Positions 1-9,217 of a stretch of 64,000 bases of DNA are shown here, in pieces. Each line of letters begins with the position of its first letter. The first letter of the stretch is position 1. Source of the stretch: Candidatus Sericytochromatia bacterium (GTDB lineage Bacteria > Cyanobacteriota > Sericytochromatia > S15B-MN24 > VGJW01); assembly GCA_035285865.1 (NCBI GenBank), contig JAYKHS010000028.1, positions 64,001 through 128,000 of the forward strand, given 5' to 3'. Below the pieces are notes generated by a model. That model saw only the letters and a program-made list of their open reading frames with translations. It made no database searches and was not told where the DNA came from. Both the position numbers and the translations under genes were made by a program.

Positions 1-1249
1 CGGCCTCGTCCGGATCGAAGACGATCACGCCGCCGACCGTGCCAGGCGAGGCGGCAAGACCAGTGGCCAGAACTTCCGGGCTGAAGGAAGGATCGAGGCG
101 CGGCAGCAGCATCTGGATGACGTGACCGGCATTCAGGCGCCGCACGGCCTCGCGGGGCGTGATCAGGCCCTCACGGTACATGTCATGGGCGATGCGGGCT
201 GCGGCAGCACCCGTTCGCTTGCCGTTGCGGGTCTGCAGCATGTAGAGGCGACCACGCTCGATGGTGAACTCGAGGTCCTGCATGTCCCGATAGTGGGTTT
301 CCAGCATGCGGGCGACCTGGCGAAGTTGCGCCGCGGCCTCGGGAATCGTCGCGTCCAGTTCGTCGATGGGGCGGGGGGTCCGGATGCCGGCGACGACGTC
401 CTCGCCTTGCGCGTTGGTCAGGAACTCGCCGTAGAGGCGTGCCTCGCCGGTATTGGGGTTGCGGGTGAAGCAGACCCCCGTGGCAGAATCCTCGCCCATG
501 TTGCCGAAGACCATGGCCTGCACGTTCACCGCCGTCCCGAGGTCGTTGGGGATGCCTTCATGGCGGCGATACGTGACAGCCCGATCGCTGTTCCAGCTCC
601 GGAAGACGGCCTCGATGGCCATCTTGAGCTGCTGCCAGGGGTCCTCGGGGAACGGGATTCCCAGCTCTCGCTCCACCAGGGCGAGGTAGGCTTCGGCCAC
701 GTCCTTGAGCGTCGCGGCATCGAGATCCGTGTCCAGCTTCGCGCCGACCTTGTGCTTGTACTGCTCCAGCAGGTACTCGAAGTTCCCGAGGCGCAGGCCG
801 AGAACGACATTGCTGAACATCCCGATGAAGCGGCGGTACGCATCCCACGCGAATCGGGCATTACCGGTCTGCTCGGTGACACCGGCGACGGTCGCACGGT
901 TCAGTCCGAGGTTGAGGATCGTGTCCATCATCCCGGGCATCGAGAACTTGGCACCGCTCCGGACGCTGACCAGAAGGGGGTTGGCCGGATCCCCGAAGCG
1001 CTTGGTCGTGGTCTTCTCGACCTCGACCATCGCCTGGCGGATTTCGTCCTCGAGACCGTCGAGCTTGCGGTCGCCGCTTGCCAGGTAATCGAGGCAGACG
1101 GCCGTCGTGATGGTGAAGCCGGGCGGCACGGGCAGGCCTTGCGCAGCCATCTCGGCGAGGCCGGCGCCCTTGCCTCCCAGCAGGTCTCGGGACAGGCCCC
1201 TGCCGTCGCGGAAAAGCACGACACGGCGAGTGTCGGTCACTGTGGACAT
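1..1249 (-). CDS. ppdK: pyruvate, phosphate dikinase (5' part; runs off the window's left edge)
   Basis: Manual minus-strand translation from ATG 1249: MSTVTDTRRVVLFRDGRGLSRDLLGGKGAGLAEM..GLPVPPGFTITT, later PLLVSVRSGAKFSMPGMMDTILNLGLN; AGGAG SD upstream. Absent from ORF track because truncated. Confidence 0.96.
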   Translation of the reverse strand, partial: MSTVTDTRRVVLFRDGRGLSRDLLGGKGAGLAEMAAQGLPVPPGFTITTAVCLDYLASGDRKLDGLEDEIRQAMVEVEKTTTKRFGDPANPLLVSVRSGAKFSMPGMMDTILNLGLNRATVAGVTEQTGNARFAWDAYRRFIGMFSNVVLGLRLGNFEYLLEQYKHKVGAKLDTDLDAATLKDVAEAYLALVERELGIPFPEDPWQQLKMAIEAVFRSWNSDRAVTYRRHEGIPNDLGTAVNVQAMVFGNMGEDSATGVCFTRNPNTGEARLYGEFLTNAQGEDVVAGIRTPRPIDELDATIPEAAAQLRQVARMLETHYRDMQDLEFTIERGRLYMLQTRNGKRTGAAAARIAHDMYREGLITPREAVRRLNAGHVIQMLLPRLDPSFSPEVLATGLAASPGTVGGVIVFDPDEA

Positions 1250-1333
1250 CGTTGTCTCCTCAGGTTGTCGGCCGCGCATCATCGAGCGGTCGGGTCGGTG
1301 GGTTATTGGGCAGCAATGAGGCTGCCGGTGGTT

Positions 1334-2158
1334 CTAGACGTAGGTTTCCTTGCGTTGGGTCAGTTCGAGGATTTCCGCGGCCGTTTCTTCGATGGCCTTG
1401 TGCGTCACGTCCACCACGGGACAACGCAGCTTGCGGAAGATGGTTTCGGCATAGTCGAGCTCGTCCGAGATGTGTTGGGCGCTGGCATAGGAGGCCGAAC
1501 CCGTCAGGCCCAGGTTCTGCAGGCGCTGGGTGCGGATGTCTTGCAGCGTCGCGGGGTTCAGCGTCAGCCCGATGACGCGGCCCGCAGGCAGGGCGAAAAG
1601 TTCCTTGGGAGGTTGCACGCCCAGCACGAGTGGCACGTTGCTGGTCTTCAGGCCCCGGACCTGAGCGAGGTACATGCTGGTCGGCGTCTTGGACGTGCGG
1701 CTCACGCCGACGAGCACCAGATCGGCGAGGGCCAGGCCCTTGGGGTCCTTGCCGTCGTCGTACCGGATGGCGAACTCGATGGCTTCCATGCGGTTGAAGT
1801 AGGCTTCGTCCTTCTGGTGGAGCAGCCCGGCCTCGAAGTGGGGCTCGGCACCCAGGATGAGGCCCAGGACATTGATCAGAGCACCCAGGATATCCACGGT
1901 CGGGATGCCCTTGCGCTTGGCCTCGGCCTGCAGGGTTTCTCTCAAGCGCACGTCGACGATGGTGTAGGCCAGCACGCAGCGTGTCTGGGTGGCCAGCGTG
2001 ACCATGCCGGTGATCTGCTCGATCGTTCGGGCGCGAGGCAGGCGCACCAGCTTGATGGGGTGGCCCTTGAACTGCAGGGCAGCCGCGCGCGCCACGAGCT
2101 CGGCCGTCTCTCCCGAGGCGTCCGAGACCGTGTAGACGGTCAACGTTGCCCCATCCAC
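1334..2158 (-). CDS. PPDK/PEP-synthase regulatory protein (bifunctional kinase/pyrophosphorylase, DUF299 family)
   Basis: VSDASGETA, AIEFAIRYDDG, LVGVSRTSKTP motifs; GTG 2158 with GGAGG SD; directly upstream of ppdK. Confidence 0.93.
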   Translation of the reverse strand: MDGATLTVYTVSDASGETAELVARAAALQFKGHPIKLVRLPRARTIEQITGMVTLATQTRCVLAYTIVDVRLRETLQAEAKRKGIPTVDILGALINVLGLILGAEPHFEAGLLHQKDEAYFNRMEAIEFAIRYDDGKDPKGLALADLVLVGVSRTSKTPTSMYLAQVRGLKTSNVPLVLGVQPPKELFALPAGRVIGLTLNPATLQDIRTQRLQNLGLTGSASYASAQHISDELDYAETIFRKLRCPVVDVTHKAIEETAAEILELTQRKETYV

Positions 2159-2256
2159 AGCTGTTCCTCCGGGCCGCAAGGCCCAGTGGCATGCTATCGC
2201 CCGCGCCCCGGGTGCGTAAAGCATGGCGGGCATTGTGAGAAGAGGGACTGCGGGGT

Positions 2257-2760
2257 ATGGAAGTTCAGGATGGTAACTTCCCCATGACCGAACGCCACGT
2301 CCTTAGCCGCCTCATCATCACGGAGGAGCTTGGTGCCCTCATGACGCAGCAAGTCACCGAGCTTGCTGCGGAGGAGTCGATCGTGGGCTGCGCTGTTCTG
2401 GACGCCAGCGGCCTTACCTTGGCGCATGCCGGCGAGGGTCGGATGGGAGACCCCGGCGTGGCGGCGCTGGTTGCCGCGTCCTTCCGAACCCTTGCGGAGC
2501 TTGCGAAGATGACGGGTGAGAATGCCCCCCAGACTTTCGTGTTGCCCGGAGTCGACACGAGGACCCTGTGTTTCCGGCTCGAGTCGGGTGACTTCCTGAT
2601 CGTTCAGGCCACGGCAGCGACACCTGTCGAGGAGCTTGAGGCCACCCTGCTTCCGGTGGAGCACGATCTCGGGGCCGCGCTGACGACGGCGCGTCTGGGG
2701 CCCGCTCCGGAACCGCTGCCTGACGCCTCGGCCCTCGACAACCTCTTCGGCGATCTCTAG
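2257..2760 (+). CDS. Roadblock/LC7-domain protein (MglB-like)
   Basis: GCAVLDASGLTLAHAG...AALVAASFRTLAELAKM roadblock pattern; immediately upstream of mglA-like gene; alternative start 2284. Confidence 0.75.
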   Translation: MEVQDGNFPMTERHVLSRLIITEELGALMTQQVTELAAEESIVGCAVLDASGLTLAHAGEGRMGDPGVAALVAASFRTLAELAKMTGENAPQTFVLPGVDTRTLCFRLESGDFLIVQATAATPVEELEATLLPVEHDLGAALTTARLGPAPEPLPDASALDNLFGDL

Positions 2761-2769
2761 GCGATTCCG

Positions 2770-3351
2770 GTGGCCGTCCTCCACTACGGCAGGCGAGAGA
2801 TCCGCTCCCGGGTGGCCTATTTCGGTCCCGTGGGCTCGGGCAAGGCCTCGAATCTCTTGGCGTTGCAGGACCTCTGGCCCGTTGAGCGCCGGGGAGCCGT
2901 CGTCGAGGCGACCCCGGAAAGCGAACGCGCCGTGCGTTGTTTGCGCCTGCCCATGCTGGGTGACCCGGTCGGCGACTGGTCGGTGCGGTTCGAGGCCTTC
3001 ACGGTGCCCGGGCAGGCCCAGTTTCCGAGCACGCGGGCGAATCTGCTGGCCGGCGCCGACGGAGTCGTTTTCGTGGCCGACGCCGCCCCTGCCAGAAGAG
3101 AAGCGAACGTCGCCGCCTGGCACGAGTTGTTGGTCCACGTCGTGGCACAGGGCATCGATCCCGAGCGGATGCCCATCGTCATCCAGATCAACCACGCCGA
3201 TGTCCGCGACGCCTTGGGCGTGGGGGAGATTGCGTCGCAACTCGGGGTCGAAGTCCGCCCTTCCTTCATGGCCATCGCCCGGGACGGCAGAGGTGTGCTC
3301 GAGGCCTGGATGGCAGTCGAGGGCCTGATCCGCATGGACTGGCGTTCATGA
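2770..3351 (+). CDS. MglA-family small GTPase with degenerate motifs
   Basis: REIRSRVAYFGPVGSGKAS, FTVPGQ, GADGVVFVAD, PIVIQINHAD parallel MglA. Confidence 0.85.
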   Translation: MAVLHYGRREIRSRVAYFGPVGSGKASNLLALQDLWPVERRGAVVEATPESERAVRCLRLPMLGDPVGDWSVRFEAFTVPGQAQFPSTRANLLAGADGVVFVADAAPARREANVAAWHELLVHVVAQGIDPERMPIVIQINHADVRDALGVGEIASQLGVEVRPSFMAIARDGRGVLEAWMAVEGLIRMDWRS

Positions 3352-5288
3352 AGGCCGCCTCCTCTGGCATCGGCAGCGCCCGGCCAGGCAATCTGTGGCG
3401 CGAGGCCGACGGACTGTACGACTTCATGAGCCGTGCGGTTCTCCTGCTGGTCGCCGAGCTCGATGATGCCGACGTGGCCTTCATGGTGCGGGAGGACCCT
3501 TCGCTGCCGTGGCGGGTGTCTGCGTCCCGTCCCGAATGGGAGGCCCAGTTGACGATGGCCTCGATGAGCGGTTTGCTGGCCGGCGTTCCGGCGCAGGGCT
3601 TCGAGGGATGGCAGGTTCGCGATCTGGAAGTCGAGAAGCCCGTGGCTGCCCGGCTGCTGACACGGGGCCCGGCACCGGCACAGGAATCCTGCGATGGCCT
3701 GGCGGCCGGCATCTCCCTCGTCATCGCACGGGACCGTCTGGCTCGGGCGGATGCCGGCATCGGCGAGATCGGGCGGGTGGTCCAGGCCTTGCGCCAGTTG
3801 GCTTCCAACATCCACCAGGCCGAGGATCTTTCGCTGCTGGCCGAGGTCGTCTGTGCCTCGGTGGCTCGTGCCACGGGCGCAGAGGTGGTGGCGCTCTACC
3901 AGCTCGAGGGCGATGCCTTCCGATTGACCGAGGAAATCGGCGTGCATCGCCCGGGCGTTTCCGGCATGGCGGCTGCACTGGCTGCATCGCTTGCGCCGCG
4001 GCAGCCCATTCCCCGGGATGAGGCGGGCTTTCTCTCCCAGGCGCTTTGGGAGGGGCGTCCGGTGGCCATTCCCAATATGGCGGCTGCTGACGGCGCGCGT
4101 GTCGGGCTTGGCCATTTGGGGCTGATGTCCGCGATGGCGGCCCCGCTGCTGACGCCTCTGGACGACTTGGGCGTCCTGCTCGTGGGCAGCCGTGCACCGC
4201 GCCTCTTCAGTCCGACCGAATTGTCCGAGTTGTCCGAGCTGGCCCAGGCGGCGTCGGGAGCCTTGCTGACGTGGCGGCTCCACGCGCGTGCCCAGGAGGA
4301 GTCGCGCAAGGCCAGCGAGCTCATCGCCCGGTTGCATGACCTGACGCGCGCGACCCGTGAGGTCGGCAAGACGCTTGAGGCCAAGCACGCCTGCGAGGCC
4401 TGCGTGCGCCTGCTCCCGCAGTTCATGCGCCCTGCGGAGTGGGTTGATTGCTACCTCATCGAGGGCGACGCATGGCGGCTGGTGGCTGGCTCCAGTCCGC
4501 AGGACGCCAGCCCTCCCGAGTCCTGGCTCTACTACCTTGATCGTTCGGGCTATCCGCCGTCCTTGCGGCTCGAGTCCGATGCGCTGGCGGGCACCGGATT
4601 CGAGGATGCCGGACAGGTCCTGCTGTTTCCGATGCGCATGCAGCAGACCCTGCTTGGCCTGGTCGTCGTGGCGACGGAGCGCGACCTTGCCATGACCGGT
4701 CGGGACATGGCCGAGACGCTGGTGGCCCATGCGGCGTCGGCAGTCTTCAATGCCGAGCAGTGGCGACGGGCGCATGAGCGATCTATCACGGACCCGCTCA
4801 CGGGGGTCCACAACCGTCGGCACTTTGTCGACGTCTTCGAGCAGGAACTGGCCAAGGCCGCCCGTTATCACCGGGAGTTCAGCGTGATTCTGCTCGACAT
4901 CGATCACTTCAAGATGATCAACGATCGCCTGGGTCATCTGGCCGGGGACCAGATCCTGCGCGAGGTTGCGGCCCTGTTGCGCGACAACGTGCGCAAGGTC
5001 GATCTGGTCGCGCGCTACGGTGGGGAAGAATTCGCGTTGCTGTTGCCGGAGACCGGGGATGATGGTGCTCGTGCACTGGCCGAAAAGTTGCGGCATCGTT
5101 TCGAGGCACATCCCTTCAGCGACCAGGATCTGATGCCCGGGCGACAGGTCACGGCCAGTTTCGGGCATGCCTCCTTTGGGCTGGACGGCACGACTGCCGA
5201 GCAGCTGCTGCAGGCCGCGGACGAGGCTTTGTATGCCGCCAAGCGGGATGGCAGGAACCGGGTAGGTTCGCCGTCGAGGAGAGCGTGA
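3348..5288 (+). CDS. GAF-domain sensor diguanylate cyclase
   Basis: TDPLTGVHNRR, DIDHFKMIND..GH..GD, RKVD I-site plus RYGGEEF; GAF-like segments upstream; ATGA overlap with mglA-like gene. Confidence 0.93.
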   Translation: MKAASSGIGSARPGNLWREADGLYDFMSRAVLLLVAELDDADVAFMVREDPSLPWRVSASRPEWEAQLTMASMSGLLAGVPAQGFEGWQVRDLEVEKPVAARLLTRGPAPAQESCDGLAAGISLVIARDRLARADAGIGEIGRVVQALRQLASNIHQAEDLSLLAEVVCASVARATGAEVVALYQLEGDAFRLTEEIGVHRPGVSGMAAALAASLAPRQPIPRDEAGFLSQALWEGRPVAIPNMAAADGARVGLGHLGLMSAMAAPLLTPLDDLGVLLVGSRAPRLFSPTELSELSELAQAASGALLTWRLHARAQEESRKASELIARLHDLTRATREVGKTLEAKHACEACVRLLPQFMRPAEWVDCYLIEGDAWRLVAGSSPQDASPPESWLYYLDRSGYPPSLRLESDALAGTGFEDAGQVLLFPMRMQQTLLGLVVVATERDLAMTGRDMAETLVAHAASAVFNAEQWRRAHERSITDPLTGVHNRRHFVDVFEQELAKAARYHREFSVILLDIDHFKMINDRLGHLAGDQILREVAALLRDNVRKVDLVARYGGEEFALLLPETGDDGARALAEKLRHRFEAHPFSDQDLMPGRQVTASFGHASFGLDGTTAEQLLQAADEALYAAKRDGRNRVGSPSRRA

Positions 5289-6061
5289 GCGTGGGCGATC
5301 AGTGGAAGAGCTCGGGACCCTTGCCGCCCGGTCAGACCGGCAAGCTTCGCGGCACGGGGACGCAGCGCCTCGCTTCTGGCGATGCCGTACAGGTCTCCGC
5401 CGGCGTCACCGCAGGAGGGGTGCCTTGGGATCGGGCTGCCATCGAGCGAGCCGGAGAGCTGGCTGTCCTCGTGGCGATGGGACGGCGCCTTCTGGCGGAT
5501 TACGCCCGCCCGCTCGAGGCACTCAGGCTGGTGCTGCAATTGTTGCGTCCGGATGCGGATGCCGGCGGGCTCCTCGCCCACTACGGCGAGGCCGAGCGGG
5601 GCTATCTGGAGGGCCTCGTCCGGCATGTGTCGCCCAAGGCTGACCTTCGTCGCCGCATGGAGATGGCCGGCTTGCAGATGGAAGGTGCCCGGCAGGGCAT
5701 CGAGGACTTCGCCCGTCGCCTCGACGAGGCCTTGGTCTATCTCGGGGACGAGGGCATGTCCGCTTTTCGGGACCTGCGCACGGAGAGCCTGCGGGGTGTC
5801 CTGCATCCCGTCACGGTCCTGCATGCTGCCTTCGAGGCCGACTCCTACCTGCGCGAGCTGTTCCCGCCTCCGCGCATCAAGCTGCCGACGGGCACCGGTC
5901 CGCTTGTCGCCCCCGCCACCGCCACTGCCGTTCCTGTCCAAGAGTCGGTGCAGCCCCAGCGATCCGTGACCGGTGGCTTGGGCCAGGCCCTAGGCGACGG
6001 CCTGGGGCGTTTCGTTCGCAGTGCGACCCAGAGCCTTCGGCCGCCCAATCACCCCGGCTGA
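5285..6061 (+). CDS. hypothetical protein (helical core, low-complexity ends)
   Basis: 258-aa ORF with GTGA overlap to the cyclase stop and GGAG SD. Confidence 0.7.
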   Translation: MSVGDQWKSSGPLPPGQTGKLRGTGTQRLASGDAVQVSAGVTAGGVPWDRAAIERAGELAVLVAMGRRLLADYARPLEALRLVLQLLRPDADAGGLLAHYGEAERGYLEGLVRHVSPKADLRRRMEMAGLQMEGARQGIEDFARRLDEALVYLGDEGMSAFRDLRTESLRGVLHPVTVLHAAFEADSYLRELFPPPRIKLPTGTGPLVAPATATAVPVQESVQPQRSVTGGLGQALGDGLGRFVRSATQSLRPPNHPG

Positions 6062-6076
6062 ATCTGACCTGCTCTT

Positions 6077-6859
6077 TCAGGGACGGAGGAGGCGCATCGT
6101 CAGGATGCTGCCCTCATAGAGGAGCAACAGCATCCCGGCCATCATGACCTGGGACAGCACGTCGGGCGATGGGGAGATCACGGCCCCGAGAATGAAGGCC
6201 CCGAGAATGGCCGGCCGCCGGAATGCAGTCAGTTGGCGCCATGTCACGAATCCGGCAAGGCCAAGCGCAACCAGGACGACTGGCAGTTCGAAAACCACGC
6301 CCGTGGCGAAGAGGAACAGCGCACAGAAATCCAAGACGGAGGCGACCGTCAGCATCGGCATGATGCTGGTCGGGGTGAAGGCGACCAGAAATTGGAAACC
6401 GATGGGCAGCAGGGCGAAGTAGGAGAAGGAGAGTCCGGCGGCGAAGAGGACCACGGCCCCGATGACGAGCGGCACGGCCAGACGCCGCTCTGCCGGCTTG
6501 AGGCCGGGTCTGATGAAGGCCATGACCTGCCAGAGGATGACCGGCAGCGCGACCGTAAGGCCTCCCAGGCCCGACATGTGCAGGGTCGCGAGGAAGTATT
6601 CGGCCGGACGGGTGGTCACCAGTTTGCCAAGGCCGCCAAGGGGACCCTCGACCGGGGCCAGCACCAGCGGGATCAGTTGATCGTGCAGGCCGAAACAGCC
6701 TAGGAAGCCGACCACGAGGGCCGCGATCGAGACGAGCAGCCGATGGCGCAGCTCTTCCAGATGCTCGACAGGACTCATCTCGCCCTGTTTGCGCCGCGGT
6801 TCGCTGGCCGCCGGGGTGGTCACGGCGGGTGAAGGAGTCAGGGGCGCCTGAGGTTCCAT
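6077..6859 (-). CDS. tatC: twin-arginine translocase subunit TatC
   Basis: EHLEELRHRLL, WQVMAFIRPGL, FELPVVL, ISPSPD motifs; start at MEPQAP (6859). Confidence 0.95.
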   Translation of the reverse strand: MEPQAPLTPSPAVTTPAASEPRRKQGEMSPVEHLEELRHRLLVSIAALVVGFLGCFGLHDQLIPLVLAPVEGPLGGLGKLVTTRPAEYFLATLHMSGLGGLTVALPVILWQVMAFIRPGLKPAERRLAVPLVIGAVVLFAAGLSFSYFALLPIGFQFLVAFTPTSIMPMLTVASVLDFCALFLFATGVVFELPVVLVALGLAGFVTWRQLTAFRRPAILGAFILGAVISPSPDVLSQVMMAGMLLLLYEGSILTMRLLRP

Positions 6860-7467
6860 GACTGTCGCGATCCGTGCTTGGGGGGGCGCATGTGGCTCAT
6901 GATGCGCCGCATGCGGCCGGGACCGGAAGAGGGTTCCGCGAGAAAGCGCACGGCAAATGTCTGATGGCCGACCTTGCGCAGGACGCGGATACGCTCTTCG
7001 AGCGCGCCGTCTCTCAACTCGAGCGTCACCGAGACGTCCTTGCCGACCGGCAGCGAGACGGGGCTGTGGAGCAGCATGCCGCCGCTGCTGACGTTCAGGG
7101 TGTGGCCTCTCGCCACGGCGCGCTCGAGCCTGAGGATGGCCGGGACCATCGCATCGAGACGCAGGGCGCCACGCTGGTCCCGGGAGGCCAGAGGGGCCGT
7201 TCCGGGCCTGGCTTTCCCGAGACCGAACTCGGGCAGAGCGGTTCGTATCTCCAGACGCTGACGCGCATGGATGAGCGGGACCTCGACAATGCCGGTCTGG
7301 CCATTGGGCCAGGTGATGACCACGTGGTCGGGCATCTCGACCGGTACGGGGAGTGCAAGCGTCACCTGACCCGCCATCACGGAACGGACCTGACCCTTGA
7401 GCAACAGCGGGCCCCACTGGACGTGGACCGGTTGTCCCGCTTCGAGGGGAACTCCGTCCGGGGTCAC
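6838..7467 (-). CDS. PilZ-domain c-di-GMP receptor
   Basis: RxxxR (QRGALR) and NxSxxG (NVSSGG) PilZ motifs. Confidence 0.85.
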   Translation of the reverse strand: MTPDGVPLEAGQPVHVQWGPLLLKGQVRSVMAGQVTLALPVPVEMPDHVVITWPNGQTGIVEVPLIHARQRLEIRTALPEFGLGKARPGTAPLASRDQRGALRLDAMVPAILRLERAVARGHTLNVSSGGMLLHSPVSLPVGKDVSVTLELRDGALEERIRVLRKVGHQTFAVRFLAEPSSGPGRMRRIMSHMRPPKHGSRQSWNLRRP

Positions 7468-8030
7468 GGCTGGGGATGCTGGCTGGGCTCGATGAGCCCG
7501 TAGTTGCCGTCGCGCCTGTGGTAGATGACGGCAAACTGGCCTGTCAGCCGATTGTGGAAAGTCAGGAAGTCCTTGCCCGAGAGGTCGAGCTGATAGGCGG
7601 CATCTTCGGGGGCGAGGTCCAGCACGACGGCGTCGCGGATCCGAACGATCTGCGGAGCTTCGTCCACTTGCGTGGGTTCGATGGCGGCTTCCTCGGCCAC
7701 GACGGCAACCGTCTTGGTCCGGGCGTGGCGCCTGTCCTCGAGGCGCTGCTTGTGGCGCTTGAGCTGTCGGGCAATCTTGTCCGAAACCAGATCGATCGAC
7801 GCATACATGTCCGTCGAGGCTTCCTCGCCCCGAATCAGGGTGCCGTTGGCATGCAGCGTCACTTCCACGATCTGGTTCTCGGAAACGGACGGGTTGCGGA
7901 TGACCGTCAACTCCACATGGGCTTGGCGGATGTCCTCCATGAAATGGGTCACGCGGCCCAGTTTTTCGCGGGCGTAATCCTTCAGGGCGTCCGTGATGAC
8001 GATGTTCTTGCCCTTGATCACCAGTTCCAT
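7464..8030 (-). CDS. hpf: ribosome hibernation promoting factor (long HPF/RaiA)
   Basis: MELVIKGKNIVITDALKDYAREKL...DMYASIDLVSDKIARQL...YHRRDGNYGLIE. Confidence 0.95.
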   Translation of the reverse strand: MELVIKGKNIVITDALKDYAREKLGRVTHFMEDIRQAHVELTVIRNPSVSENQIVEVTLHANGTLIRGEEASTDMYASIDLVSDKIARQLKRHKQRLEDRRHARTKTVAVVAEEAAIEPTQVDEAPQIVRIRDAVVLDLAPEDAAYQLDLSGKDFLTFHNRLTGQFAVIYHRRDGNYGLIEPSQHPQP

Positions 8031-8132
8031 CGGCAGGGTCCTCGCGGCGTGGGTGGGAGTCGGAAGAGGGGCGTGGCCCAGGCTAACCGTCGGGACCGGC
8101 CGACACAAGGCCCGGACCCCCGGCACGCCGTC

Positions 8133-8399
8133 TCAGCGGGGTTCGATCAAAAACTTGATGGCTGTGCGCTCCTCGCCTTCGATGGTGATGTCGATGAAGC
8201 CGGGGATGCACACCAGATCCATGCCCGCCGGGGCCACGTAACCTCGGGCGATGGCGATGGCCTTTACCGCTTGGTTGATGGCTCCGGCACCGATGGCCTG
8301 CATCTCGGCGCGCCCCTTTTCACGCAGGGCACCGGCCAATGCGCCGGCGACGGAGGAAGGGTTCGACTTCGCCGAGACCTTGAAGACGTTGGCGTCCAC
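8133..8399 (-). CDS. spoVS: SpoVS family protein
   Basis: KVSAKSNPSSVAGALAG...QAIGAGAINQAVKAIAIARGY; GTG start 8399. Confidence 0.95.
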   Translation of the reverse strand: MDANVFKVSAKSNPSSVAGALAGALREKGRAEMQAIGAGAINQAVKAIAIARGYVAPAGMDLVCIPGFIDITIEGEERTAIKFLIEPR

Positions 8400-8425
8400 C
8401 GTGGGGTCCTGTTCGTGCGGTGTGT

Positions 8426-9217
8426 TCAGCGATGTTGGATGCGTTCGATCCGGAGCGTCCTGCCGGACGACGGATCCATCTGGAGCCAGGCGGCACAGAA
8501 GACGGTCGGCCCGTCGGCCACCTCGAACCTGACGGGAAGTTGTTCGCGCATCCGCCGTAGCGACTGCTCGGGTTTCATGCCCACCACGGAGTCCCATGGA
8601 CCGGTCATGCCGACATCTCCCATGTACCCGGTTCCCGAGGGAAAGATACGCTCGTCCGCCGTCTGGACATGCGTGTGGCTGCCGGTCACCGCAGCGACAC
8701 GTCCATCCATGTGGCGGGCCAGTGCCTGCTTCTCGGCCGTCGCCTCGGCGTGGACATCCACGAGGATCAGGTCCGCCTCGGCTTCATCGAGGGCGGCAAT
8801 TTCGGCATCCGCCGCGCGGAACGGACAGTCGGACAGGCCCATGAACGCACGGCCCTGCAGCTGGAAAAGACCGATGCCGTGGCCTCGCACCATGTGGATG
8901 AGTCGGGATTTGCCGGGCGTGCCGGGCGGATAGTTGGCCGGTCGGACGATGTCGTCGCAGTGGTCGATGAACTCGAAGATTTCCTTCTTGTCCCACGCAT
9001 GGTTGCCGAGGGTAATCAGGTCGACACCGGCATCCTTCAGTGCGTGGTAGCTGCGCATTGACAGGCCGAAGCCCCGATCCGCGTTTTCACCGTTTGCGAT
9101 GACCAGATCCACGGGCCGTTCGCCGCGGACTCGGCGGATGCCCTCCGCGGCCGCCGCAATCCCGGGGCTGCCCACGACATCCCCGAGCACGAGGATGCCG
9201 AGGGTCTCAGCGGGCAT
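8426..9217 (-). CDS. ymdB: YmdB/TIGR00282 family metallophosphoesterase
   Basis: GDVVG, NGEN, TLGNH, DVHAEATAEK, GSHTHVQTAD motifs; between rny and spoVS. Confidence 0.93.
   Translation of the reverse strand: MPAETLGILVLGDVVGSPGIAAAAEGIRRVRGERPVDLVIANGENADRGFGLSMRSYHALKDAGVDLITLGNHAWDKKEIFEFIDHCDDIVRPANYPPGTPGKSRLIHMVRGHGIGLFQLQGRAFMGLSDCPFRAADAEIAALDEAEADLILVDVHAEATAEKQALARHMDGRVAAVTGSHTHVQTADERIFPSGTGYMGDVGMTGPWDSVVGMKPEQSLRRMREQLPVRFEVADGPTVFCAAWLQMDPSSGRTLRIERIQHR

Noticed and set aside
122..2287. 721-aa plus-strand ORF
   Set aside because: Antisense shadow of ppdK and its regulator; typical of high-GC3 genes; no motifs.
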